This document shows, in pieces, positions 17,874-29,105 of a DNA stretch of 64,000 nucleotides (within the stretch, counting starts at the first letter, position 1; each line of letters starts with the position of its first letter). A program made the position numbers and the translations under genes. The notes under the pieces were generated by a model. The model worked only from the letters and a program-made list of their open reading frames with translations. It did no database searches and was not told where the DNA came from. The DNA is from Trueperaceae bacterium (GTDB taxonomy: Bacteria; Deinococcota; Deinococci; Deinococcales; Trueperaceae). The stretch is taken from contig DASVDQ010000024.1 of assembly GCA_036381035.1 (NCBI GenBank), forward strand, positions 97,742 to 161,741, written 5' to 3'.

Positions 17874-19501
17874 GGAAGACGAAGGAGACCGTGCGGCTCG
17901 CCGCCGGCGAGCCGCCGGCGCGCTCCGCCGCCGCCGTGAGGACGCTGGGAGCGTTCGCGCTCCTGGCGCTCCTGTTGGCGGCCTGCCTGCAGCCACCGCC
18001 CCCGCCCCCGCCCGCCGACCCGCTCGTGGCCCGGACCGACGAGGGCGCGACGCCCTCGGCGACGGTCGACCTGGCGCCGGGCGAGTGGGCAGACTTCGAG
18101 CTGGTGCTCGACGCGGTGAGGGGGTTCGACCTCGCCTACGCCGAGCTCGACACCCTGCAGCCGGCCGTCGTCGAGCTGCGCAACTCCGCCTACTGGGGCG
18201 TGCTGGCCAGCAGCGCGACGCCGGACTACTTCGTCCGCGGGGCGATCTCCGGCGTGCCGCAGCCCCCGCTCCCCGCGTCGGTGGCCGAGGCGCGTCCCAG
18301 CGCGATCACGCCGGACTACGTCTGCCTCGGGCCCTGCGTGATCTTCGACCCGGGCGCCGGTCGCTTCTACCTGCGCGTCGTGAACACGGGGAACACCGGC
18401 CTCGTCGCCGACCTCTACCTCTACGGCGCGAGCTTCGCCCACCCGCACGAGCCCGCCAACGACCTCAGGGGCGGCGCGGCGCCCCTCGTGGACGGCGCGA
18501 GCGGCGCCCTCGAGCTCCTCGGCGACGTCGACTACTGGCTCGCCTCGGCCGACGCGAACGTGACCGTGGAGGCCATCGGCGGCCTCCCCGTCGAGGCGAC
18601 CGTCTACGACACCTGCGGCCTGCCCGTCACCGAGCCCTACTCCGCCGGCGAGACGTTCCGCGTCTACGCCGGGGAGGCCGTGCGGGTGCGTTCGTCGCAG
18701 GGCCGCGCGGGCGCGCCGGGGGTCAGCGCCTACCAGATGACGGTGGGCGCGCCGAGCGGCGGCACGCCGCCGCGGGACCCCGGCTGCACGGCGGTGGAGG
18801 CGGGCACGAACCCGAACGTCCCCGTCTCCAGCGTGTTCCTCGCCGGCGGCGCCTCCACCACGTTCGTCGTCAGCGTGCCGTCCACGGTGCGGGCGCACGA
18901 CGTGATCCAGTTCGAGGTGGAGGGCGCGGCCCTGCTCGAGGTGCTGGGCTCCCCCGGCGGCTCGACCCTCTACTCTAGCAGCTCGCCCGACGTCTTCTAC
19001 GCCGGCGGCGGCGCCTCCGAGGCGGCGCCCGAGCTGGCTCCGGCGGCCGTCGAGGTCGACCGCAGCTGCGCTGGGCCGTGCGTGATCGACCCGGCGCCGG
19101 CCGACGGCTACCTCGTCAGGGTCACGAACCTGAGCACGTCGCGCTTCGTGCAGTTCTACGCCTTCGGCCGCGCCTTCGACGACACCACGGAGCCGGCGAA
19201 CGACTCCCTGGGGACCTCGCCGACCGTGGTCGAGGACGCCAGCGGCGCGATCGAGACCGTCGGCGACGAGGACCTGTGGTACGCGCCGTTCGGCGGCGTC
19301 GTCAGCTTCGACGGCGTCTCCGGCGGCCTGCCGCTCGTCGTCGACGTGCTGGACGGGTCGGGGTCCGTGATCTTCGGCGGCCTGCCCCCTGGCGACATCT
19401 CCGTCGGTCCCGGCGAGTACCTGAGGGTGCGCGCGGCGAACGGGAACACGGCGGCGGTATCCGGGAGGAGCTCCTACTTCCTGGACCTCGACAACCAGTA
19501 G
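17870..19501 (+). CDS. Lipoprotein with two copies of the same beta-domain + PPC-like module (paralog of 16992..17873)
   Basis: ATGA overlap with the upstream gene. The lipobox is LLLAAC, followed by a poly-Pro linker. The two repeats each contain C.GPCVI, Y(L)RV.N, EPAND....SGA.E..GD.D.W and GE..RV. Confidence 0.75.
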   Translation: MRKTKETVRLAAGEPPARSAAAVRTLGAFALLALLLAACLQPPPPPPPADPLVARTDEGATPSATVDLAPGEWADFELVLDAVRGFDLAYAELDTLQPAVVELRNSAYWGVLASSATPDYFVRGAISGVPQPPLPASVAEARPSAITPDYVCLGPCVIFDPGAGRFYLRVVNTGNTGLVADLYLYGASFAHPHEPANDLRGGAAPLVDGASGALELLGDVDYWLASADANVTVEAIGGLPVEATVYDTCGLPVTEPYSAGETFRVYAGEAVRVRSSQGRAGAPGVSAYQMTVGAPSGGTPPRDPGCTAVEAGTNPNVPVSSVFLAGGASTTFVVSVPSTVRAHDVIQFEVEGAALLEVLGSPGGSTLYSSSSPDVFYAGGGASEAAPELAPAAVEVDRSCAGPCVIDPAPADGYLVRVTNLSTSRFVQFYAFGRAFDDTTEPANDSLGTSPTVVEDASGAIETVGDEDLWYAPFGGVVSFDGVSGGLPLVVDVLDGSGSVIFGGLPPGDISVGPGEYLRVRAANGNTAAVSGRSSYFLDLDNQ

Positions 19502-19511
19502 ACTCGGCGCC

Positions 19512-20444
19512 ATGTCCATAGCCGCAGCGCGCCCGAGGCGCCTCGCCGCCGCCGTGCTACTGCTCCTGCTGGCGCCCCTGGCCGCCGCGCAGGCCTGCCG
19601 CGAGGAGCTCGCGGGCGCGCTGGAGGGCGGCGTCTCGGATCGCCCGGCGACGGGCGTGGACGCCGCCCTCGTCCTGCGGCGCGCGGTGCAGCTCGTCGAG
19701 CCGGCGCTGCCGGCGCTGACGCGGACCGGCGAGGTCGGTCTGGACCGGGAGCACCCGGCCTACGGCGCGGTCAGGTACCTGAAGGCGCGCGGCCTGCTGC
19801 CGCCGTCGTGGGGCCCGGAGGAGCTGAGCGCCGACGCGTGGCGCGAGATGAACGCCCGCTTCCTGGCCTGGTACAGGCTCGAAGGGCCGCTCCCCGACGC
19901 CCCGGCGACGGTCGGCGACCTCGTCGACGACATGGCCGCGACCCTGGAGAGGGTGGGCGAGGCCGTGCGGCCGGCGGCGCTGCTGGCCTGGGACCCGGCG
20001 GACGACGACAGGCTGTCGTTCTGGGCGATCATCTGGAACTGGACCGTCTACCCGCGCCTGCTCGTCTACAGGCCCGACCCGGGCGTCGACCTCCGCGGCT
20101 CGCCTCGCGACGTCCTGCCGCACCTCAGCAACTGCGCGGTGAGCGTGTCGGCCTACGTCACGGCGCCGGAGGACACGGCGAAGAGCCTCTTCCTCGCGCA
20201 CAACGAGTCGCGGATGTACGTGGTGGCCTCCCAGCCCGAGTCGGGCGGCTGGCCGCTCGAGGTGCCGCAGGGCGAGGAGCTCGACGCGTTCGCCTTCGCG
20301 CTACCCGAGCTCGAGGGCGCGCAGGTCTACGCCGCCGTCTTCGACGGGCCCGAGGTCGGCTTCGGGACGATCCTGGGGCTGATGGCCCGCGTGCGCACGA
20401 ACCTGTCGCCGGCGGGCTTCCTCAGCCACATGCAGACGCCCTAG
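19512..20444 (+). CDS. Secreted hypothetical protein
   Basis: 310 aa with a signal peptide (LAAAVLLLLLAPLAAAQA). TAGACT, which overlaps the upstream stop, lies 7 nt before the ATG. No family recognised. Confidence 0.65.
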   Translation: MSIAAARPRRLAAAVLLLLLAPLAAAQACREELAGALEGGVSDRPATGVDAALVLRRAVQLVEPALPALTRTGEVGLDREHPAYGAVRYLKARGLLPPSWGPEELSADAWREMNARFLAWYRLEGPLPDAPATVGDLVDDMAATLERVGEAVRPAALLAWDPADDDRLSFWAIIWNWTVYPRLLVYRPDPGVDLRGSPRDVLPHLSNCAVSVSAYVTAPEDTAKSLFLAHNESRMYVVASQPESGGWPLEVPQGEELDAFAFALPELEGAQVYAAVFDGPEVGFGTILGLMARVRTNLSPAGFLSHMQTP

Positions 20445-21391
20445 CCGCCGCCGCGTCCGCCCGCCGCCCGCGCCGCGAGGGCGGCCTCGATGTCCCCTCT
20501 CATCGCCGCGGCCGAAGACCTGGCCATGGCGGCGACCTCGTCCAGGGAGACCGCGGTCTCGAAGCCGCTTCCGTTGGTGAGGCTGCGGCTGGCGCTGACG
20601 AGGGCGCCGTGGCCGCGGGCGTCGAAGGCGTCGACGACGTCGGCGCCGCGGGCGCCCTGCGCCCCGTAGCCGGGCACCAGCAGGGGGGAGCGCGGCAGCG
20701 CCGCGCGCAGCTCGGCCAGGTCCTCAGGCGCGGCGGCCACGGCGCCCAGGGCCGTGTAGCCGTCCTCGTCGGCGTCCATCCCCGCGGCCATGTCGGCCAG
20801 GCGCGCCGCCAGACGCGACGCCACCGTGCCGCCACCCGCCAGCGCGAGGCCCTGCAGGTCGCGGCTGCCGGGGTTCGACGTGCGCACGAGCACGTAGAGG
20901 CCGCGTCCGCCCCGCACCGCTGCCGCCAGGAACGGCTCCAGCGTGTCGAGGCCCAGGTAGGGGCTCACGGTGAGGGCGTCGGCGGCGAGGGGCCCGTCGC
21001 CCAGGTAGGCCTCGGCGTAGGCCTCGGCCGTGGTGCCGATGTCGCCGCGCTTGGCGTCGAGCACCACCGGCACGCCCAGGTCGCGCGCCAGCGCCACGAC
21101 CTCGGCCAGCAGCCCGCTGCCGGCGGGTCCCAGGGCCTCGAAGAACGCCGCCTGCGGCTTGCAGGCGGCGATGAGGTCGGCGGTGGCCTCGAGCACGGCC
21201 GCGAGGTAGCGCCCCACCGCCGTGACGACGCGGGGGTCGCGCGGCGACGACGCCCCGAGGCGCGCCGGGTCGGTGAGCGGGTGCGCGGCCGGCCTGGGGT
21301 CGAGGCCGAGGCAGACGCGCGTGCCGAGGCGCGCCTGGCGCTCGGTCACGCGCCGCGAGTAGGGCTCGCCGGGGCTCGCCACCGCGCTCAC
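20441..21391 (-). CDS. pyrF: Orotidine-5'-phosphate decarboxylase, type 2
   Basis: Motifs: VCLGLDP, VLDAKRGDIGTTAEAY and VLVRTSNPG. GTG start. Confidence 0.9.
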   Translation of the reverse strand: MSAVASPGEPYSRRVTERQARLGTRVCLGLDPRPAAHPLTDPARLGASSPRDPRVVTAVGRYLAAVLEATADLIAACKPQAAFFEALGPAGSGLLAEVVALARDLGVPVVLDAKRGDIGTTAEAYAEAYLGDGPLAADALTVSPYLGLDTLEPFLAAAVRGGRGLYVLVRTSNPGSRDLQGLALAGGGTVASRLAARLADMAAGMDADEDGYTALGAVAAAPEDLAELRAALPRSPLLVPGYGAQGARGADVVDAFDARGHGALVSASRSLTNGSGFETAVSLDEVAAMARSSAAAMRGDIEAALAARAAGGRGGG

Positions 21392-21407
21392 GCCGCCGCG
21401 GCCCGCC

Positions 21408-24245
<2,838 letters not shown>

Positions 24246-24425
24246 CAGTCCCTCTCGGCGGGCGCCTGCGGGCGTGCCCGTGCGGGGGCCGGCGCGGGTC
24301 GGCCCGGGCGGCGCGGGCATGTGCTCTCGCGGCCGTCAGACAGCCTAACACCTGACCGCCGGCCGCCCGTGTCGGGGGCGGCCCGGGTGGCGTTGGGACC
24401 GGTTCGCGGGCGGCCCGGGCGGCGG

Positions 24426-24439
24426 GCGGACCGGTCCGC
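24426..24439 (-). terminator. Palindromic hairpin GCGGACCGGTCCGC downstream of rsmD
   Basis: A perfect 14-nt palindrome 24 nt after the rsmD stop. There is no U-tract. Confidence 0.3.
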
Positions 24440-24462
24440 GGGCGGGCTGGGCGGCGGGCGCC

Positions 24463-25005
24463 CTAGCGCGCGGGCACCCTCACGACCGTGAGCGCGTTCG
24501 AGCCGTAGCGGTGGAGCCGCGCCGGCGCGCCCTCCAGGCCGGGCGGCAGCGCGGGCGCGAAGCCGGTCGGGTGCTGCAGCACGTAGACGCCGCCCGGCCT
24601 GGCGGCGCCGGAGGCCAGCACGCCGAGGAAGGCCTCGCGCAGGTCGAGGGGGTAGGGGGGAGCCGCGAACACGACGTCGAACTGGCCAGGGTGCTCGGCG
24701 GCGTAGGCCAGGGCGTCGCCGCGCACGACCCGCACGGGCAGCCCCAGGCTGCGGGCGTTGCGCGCGATCACCGCCGCGGCCTCCTTGGCGAGCTCGACGC
24801 AGACGACGTCGAAGCCGCGGCTGGCGGCCTCGAGGCCGACGGCGCCGGAGCCCGCGTAGAGGTCTAGGAACCGCCCCCTGGGCTCGAAGGCGACGATGTC
24901 GAAGAGTGCCTCGCGGAGGCGCGCCGGGCTGGGACGCGTCCCCCGGCGCGGCGTCTCGATGGCGCGTCCCTTGGCGCTGCCGCCGATGATGCGAGGCCTG
25001 GACAT
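24463..25005 (-). CDS. rsmD: 16S rRNA (guanine966-N2)-methyltransferase RsmD
   Basis: Trimmed to ATG 25005 (MSRPRIIGGSAKGRAIETP...RPSPARLREALFDI...LDLYAGSGAVGLEAASRG...VFAAPPY). TACCCT lies 6 nt upstream. Confidence 0.85.
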   Translation of the reverse strand: MSRPRIIGGSAKGRAIETPRRGTRPSPARLREALFDIVAFEPRGRFLDLYAGSGAVGLEAASRGFDVVCVELAKEAAAVIARNARSLGLPVRVVRGDALAYAAEHPGQFDVVFAAPPYPLDLREAFLGVLASGAARPGGVYVLQHPTGFAPALPPGLEGAPARLHRYGSNALTVVRVPAR

Positions 25006-25177
25006 GCGCGCAGGGTAACCGCGGCGAGCTTCGTCCGCCGGCGCAACGGGGCCGCTGCGTCGCACGGTCCGCTGGCGCGGGCCCCTCCACGGCACCGGCG
25101 AGGGCCGCCCGCCGCGTGCGCGCGGAGGACACGGCCCGGCCCGGCCGGCTCGGGGCGCCGGGGTAGAGTGGGGGACC

Positions 25178-26068
25178 GTGATCCGCAGCCTAGCGGCCGA
25201 CGAGCTGCCGTGGTTCGTGGGCCGCGCGCTCGCCTTCCTCGGCCACTCCGACCCGCAGGGGCTGGCGCTCAGGCTCGCCGCGCGCTTCGGGGACCCGCGG
25301 GCCGACGCGCGCGGCTGCCGCGTGCTGGCGCGAGCCGGCACCGCGCCGTGCGCCGGCGTCCACGTCCTGGCGCCGCACCCGGACGACGACGCCAGGCGCG
25401 TCGAGCTCTCGAGCCCCTGGCACGACGACGACCCCGAGGCGTTCGCCGAGCTGGTGGCCCACGTGCTGGCCGGCCACGACCACGACTCGGCGCTGCTGCG
25501 CCTCGACGCGGTGCCGCGGCGCAGGCGCGACGAGCTGGCCGCGCGCCTGGCGACCCTCGGCTTCCGGCCCGAGGAGGTCACGCTGATGAGCTTCGACCTC
25601 TCGCAGGTGCCGCCGCTGGGGAGCCCCCTGCTGCTCGAGGCCTGGTCGGAGGAGGCCGACAGGCGCTTCCGGTCCTTCTACGCCGGCGCCGAGGACCGGC
25701 CCGTCACCGACGCCGGCTGGGCCTACCTGAAGCGCAGGCACGGGCCGTTCCAGCCCGACCTGTGGTTCCTGGCCCGCGAGACCCTCGACCAGGAGCCGGT
25801 CGGTTACGCCTTCTGCGGGCTCGTGGCCAGGCGCGTCGACGGGCGGTACACGCTCGACGCCGTGGGCGTCGCGCGGGAGCTGCGCGCCGACTCGGCGATG
25901 CTCAGGCGCCTCGTGATCTCGGTCCTGCAGGAGCTGGCCTCGTTCTCGCCGGTCGGCGCCGTCGACGCCGAGGTGTCCCTGAGCGACGGGAAGCTCGGCG
26001 ACATCCTCAGGCTCGTGGGCTTCGCCCCCGTGATGCGCTCGCCGGTGCTGGTGAAGCGCCCGGCCTAG
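25178..26068 (+). CDS. Hypothetical protein, possibly tandem GNAT-fold acetyltransferase
   Basis: 296-aa ORF with good coding bias. TAGAGT lies 8 nt upstream of the GTG. The C-terminal half (VGYAFCGL...LDAVGVARELR...) weakly resembles GNAT motifs. Confidence 0.55.
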   Translation: MIRSLAADELPWFVGRALAFLGHSDPQGLALRLAARFGDPRADARGCRVLARAGTAPCAGVHVLAPHPDDDARRVELSSPWHDDDPEAFAELVAHVLAGHDHDSALLRLDAVPRRRRDELAARLATLGFRPEEVTLMSFDLSQVPPLGSPLLLEAWSEEADRRFRSFYAGAEDRPVTDAGWAYLKRRHGPFQPDLWFLARETLDQEPVGYAFCGLVARRVDGRYTLDAVGVARELRADSAMLRRLVISVLQELASFSPVGAVDAEVSLSDGKLGDILRLVGFAPVMRSPVLVKRPA

Positions 26069-26112
26069 GCGCCGTTGGGGCGGACCGCCCGGCCGCCGGG
26101 GGAGGGGCCCGC

Positions 26113-26544
26113 CTAGCGGCCGTGCCGGGGCAGGTACTTCTCCCAGATCGGGTCGATGTCCGGCATGACGCCGTAGGCGCTCGTGAACATGAAGCGCGGC
26201 GCGTACGGCTGACGCCGCAGGCGCATGCGGGCCTCCTCCGGGGTGCGGTCGCGCTTGCGGGCGTTGCACGCCTTGCAGCAGGCGACGACGTTCTCCCACG
26301 TCGTCGGCCCGCCGCGGCTGCGGGGCACGACGTGGTCGAGCGTGAGGTCGTGGGTGCGCCTGCCGCAGTACTGGCAGACGTGGTCGTCGCGGCGGAAGAC
26401 GTTCTTGCGGTTGAAGGCCACGCGCTGGCGGAACGGCGTGCGCACGAAGCGCTTCAGCCTGATCACGCTGGGGACGGGGAAGACGGCGCTGGGCGACCTC
26501 AGCACCTTGCCCGACTCCTCGACGCGCTCGGCGACCTCGTGCAT
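26113..26544 (-). CDS. HNH endonuclease (minimal ORF; conserved N-terminus continues upstream without a canonical start)
   Basis: The HNH/zinc-ribbon core is CQYCGRRTHDLTLDHVVPRSRGGPTTWENVVACCKACNARK. The frame stays open upstream and encodes RVLILNASYEPLHVCSVKRAVSLL, which belongs to this family. There is no in-frame ATG, GTG or TTG until the ddl stop codon. Confidence 0.8.
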   Translation of the reverse strand: MHEVAERVEESGKVLRSPSAVFPVPSVIRLKRFVRTPFRQRVAFNRKNVFRRDDHVCQYCGRRTHDLTLDHVVPRSRGGPTTWENVVACCKACNARKRDRTPEEARMRLRRQPYAPRFMFTSAYGVMPDIDPIWEKYLPRHGR

Positions 26545-26886
26545 GAGCAGCGATACGGCGCGCTTGACCGAGCAGACGTGCAGCGGCTCGTAGCTGGCGT
26601 TGAGGATCAGGACGCGGCCGGAGTTGAGGTTCGACAGGGGCGTGCCGAGGGAGGCGCCCGCGAGGGCCGCACCGCCACCTGGCGAGCCGTCGACGACGTC
26701 GTCCTCGGGCTCGGCGAGCAGGCGTTCCAGGTCTAGGTCAGCGTGGTGGTCGGCCGCGCACCTCCGGTCACGCCGCGCATCATAACCGCGTCGGAGCGGC
26801 GGACGCGTGGCCGAGCGGGCCGAGCGCCCGGGCGGGCGCCGAGGTCGCGCGCGCCTGCTGGGCGCGCGGGCCAGCCGCGCGGGGGC

Positions 26887-28131
26887 CTAGCGACGCTCCA
26901 GGGCCAGCTCGACGAGGCGCTCGATGAGCTCCGGGTAGGAGACGCCGGCCGCCTGCCAGAGGAGCGGGTACATGCTGTGCCGCGTGAAGCCGGGGATCGT
27001 GTTGATCTCGTTGACGAGCAGCCGACCGTCGGGCAGGTAGAAGAGGTCGACGCGGGCGAGCCCGGCGGCGTCGACGGCGGCGAACGCGCGCAGCGCCATG
27101 GCGCGGGCGCTGCGGGCGACCTCCTCGGGCACGTCCGCCGGGACGATGAGGTCGGCCAGGCCGTCGGTGTACTTGGCCTCGTAGTCGTAGAAGGCGGCGG
27201 CGCCGTCGCGCACGCGGACCTCGCCCACGCCGCTCGCTACGGGCCTGTCGTTGCCCAGCACCGCGACCTCGAGCTCCCTCGCCCCCACCGCGGCGGCCTC
27301 TACGATCGCCCGCCTGTCGAAGCCGAGCGCGGCGGCCACGGAGGCCCGCAGGTCGGCGGGGTCGTCGACGCGCGAGACCCCGATCGACGAGCCGAGGTTC
27401 GCCGGCTTCACGAACACGGGCGTGCCGAGCTCGCGCGCCGGCGCCAGGGCGGCCTCGGGGTCGCTCGCGAAGGCGTGGCGCGTCACGCCGCGGTGCTCGA
27501 CCTGCGGCAGGCCGGCCGCGGCGAACACGGCCTTCATCGCCAGCTTGTCCATCGACACGGCGCTGCCCAGCACGTCGCTGCCGACGAAGGGCAGGCCCAT
27601 GAGCTTGAGGAGACCCTGCACGCTGCCGTCCTCGCCGAAGGGCCCGTGGAGGAGCGGGAAGACGACGTCGAACGAGCCGCCGGCGTCGGTGAGGCTGCGC
27701 GCCAGGGCGGCGGTCCGCGCGGGCTCGGCGTCGCCGGCGGCGCCGGCGGTCCTCGGCGCTTCCGCGTCCGCGTCGCGGTCGCCCGGGGCGCCGCGGGTCG
27801 GCCGTCCCGGACAGGCCCCGCCTCCTTCCGCCGGGTCCCCGACGGGCCGCCCGCCCCTCGCCTCGCCGTTCGGCAGGGGCGGGGGAGCCGCGCCCAGGAG
27901 GCGAGCCGACGCCTCGAGCCCCAGCGCGGCGCCGTCGCGGCCGATGACCAGGGGCACGACCTCGAGCCGCGGCGAGGCGCTCACGGCCTCGAGGACCGAG
28001 CGCGCCGAGGCGAGCGAGACCTCGTGCTCCTCGGAGCGCCCGCCGCAGAGGAGCAGGACCCGCCGGGCGCTCACCGGCGGGACCCGTCCGGAGCGGCCGG
28101 CCAGGCGGTGGGGTCGATGTGCATGTTGCAC
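26887..28131 (-). CDS. ddl: D-alanine--D-alanine ligase with a ~60-aa low-complexity insertion
   Basis: Motifs: LLLCGGRSEEHEVSL, FPLLHGPFGEDGSVQGLL, SMDKLAMK and EINTIPGFT. The start is GTG 28131 (inside the AT-rich island, leaderless-like) or GTG 28074. Confidence 0.85.
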   Translation of the reverse strand: MQHAHRPHRLAGRSGRVPPVSARRVLLLCGGRSEEHEVSLASARSVLEAVSASPRLEVVPLVIGRDGAALGLEASARLLGAAPPPLPNGEARGGRPVGDPAEGGGACPGRPTRGAPGDRDADAEAPRTAGAAGDAEPARTAALARSLTDAGGSFDVVFPLLHGPFGEDGSVQGLLKLMGLPFVGSDVLGSAVSMDKLAMKAVFAAAGLPQVEHRGVTRHAFASDPEAALAPARELGTPVFVKPANLGSSIGVSRVDDPADLRASVAAALGFDRRAIVEAAAVGARELEVAVLGNDRPVASGVGEVRVRDGAAAFYDYEAKYTDGLADLIVPADVPEEVARSARAMALRAFAAVDAAGLARVDLFYLPDGRLLVNEINTIPGFTRHSMYPLLWQAAGVSYPELIERLVELALERR

Positions 28132-28147
28132 ATGATGTGCATGTTAT
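28117..28147 (-). promoter_or_regulatory. AT-rich nested palindrome/direct repeat (candidate ddl promoter-operator)
   Basis: The sequence is ATGTGCA-tgt-TGCACAT-g-ATGTGCA-tgttat. The 11-mer ATGTGCATGTT is repeated with an 18-bp period. The element overlaps the GTG 28131 start and a TAACAT box on the minus strand. Confidence 0.5.
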
Positions 28148-28183
28148 GGCCGGTGCCCACGCGGGTCAAGGGCGCGCCCCGGC

Positions 28184-28960
28184 TCACGCCCGCCACGACG
28201 GCTCGCGCTTCTCGAGGAAGGCGCGGACGCCCTCGCGGATCTCGTCGCCCGCGCGGATGGCCACGTTGACCTCGACGGCGGCCGCCAGGCCCTCCTCGAA
28301 GGTCAGGCCGGGCAGCCTAGCGAGCAGGCCCTTCGTCGCCGCCAGGGAGCCGGGGGCGTTCCGCGCCAGGCGCCGCGCCAGCGCCACCGCGGCCTCCAGG
28401 ACCGGCGTCTCCTCGACCACGCGGTTCACGAGGCCGATCTCGGCCGCCCGGCTCGCGTCGACCAGGTGCGCGCCCAGCAGCAGCTCGCGGGCGTGCTTCT
28501 CGCCGACCTGGCGCAGCAGCAGCACGGCGACGAGCGCGGGCACGAAGCCGATGCGGGTCTCCGTGTAGCCGAGCCGCGCCTCGGGGGCGGCCAGGGCCAC
28601 GTCGCAGGCCGTGACGATGCCCGCCCCGCCGGCCACCGCCGGACCGTTCACGGCCGCGACCACCGGCTTGGGGCAGCTGTGGATGGCGGTCAGGAGCCCG
28701 GCGAGCTGGAGCGTGTCCTCCCGGTGCTGCTCGCGCGTGAGGGCGGCCGTCGCCTCCAGCTCGCGCAGGTCGAGCCCGGCGCAGAACGCCTCGCCGGCGC
28801 CGGTGATGACCACGGACCGCACGGCGTCGTCCGCCTCGGCGTCCGCCAGCGCCGCGCGCAGCTCCTCGCGCAGCGCGCGCGAGAGGGCGTTCCTGACCGC
28901 CGGGCGGTCGAGGGTCAGCACGCGCACGGGCCCGTCGTCGTGGATGGTCACGTCAGGCAT
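28184..28960 (-). CDS. Enoyl-CoA hydratase/isomerase (crotonase family)
   Basis: Trimmed to ATG 28960 (MPDVTIHDDGPVRVLTLDRPAVRNAL...ITGAGEAFCAGLDL...VAAVNGPAVAGG). TACGAT lies 6 nt upstream. Confidence 0.85.
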   Translation of the reverse strand: MPDVTIHDDGPVRVLTLDRPAVRNALSRALREELRAALADAEADDAVRSVVITGAGEAFCAGLDLRELEATAALTREQHREDTLQLAGLLTAIHSCPKPVVAAVNGPAVAGGAGIVTACDVALAAPEARLGYTETRIGFVPALVAVLLLRQVGEKHARELLLGAHLVDASRAAEIGLVNRVVEETPVLEAAVALARRLARNAPGSLAATKGLLARLPGLTFEEGLAAAVEVNVAIRAGDEIREGVRAFLEKREPSWRA

Positions 28961-29105
28961 GGGGCGATCGTACGCGCGCCGAGAGGGCGAGGGACGCGGG
29001 AAAGCTCGCCGACCTAGCCCGTGCGAAGCTTCCGACGGCCGCGCGCCGGCCCGGCGGCATACGCTCCTGGCACGGCCCTCCCGGGCCCGTGATGCGGAGG
29101 TGAAG

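Noticed and set aside
26113-26886. Interpreting the HNH endonuclease as part of a mobile element, homing cassette or defence system.
   Set aside because: There is no integrase, transposase, intron or intein context, restriction-modification partner or flanking repeats. It is a stand-alone HNH of a family common in high-GC genomes.
28117-28133. Reading the 17-bp palindrome ATGTGCATGTTGCACAT as a Deinococcus RDRM (DdrO operator).
   Set aside because: As I recall them, the RDRM half-sites are TTATGT/ACATAA-like with a 5-nt centre. This element does not align with them in register. It is kept only as an unclassified operator candidate.
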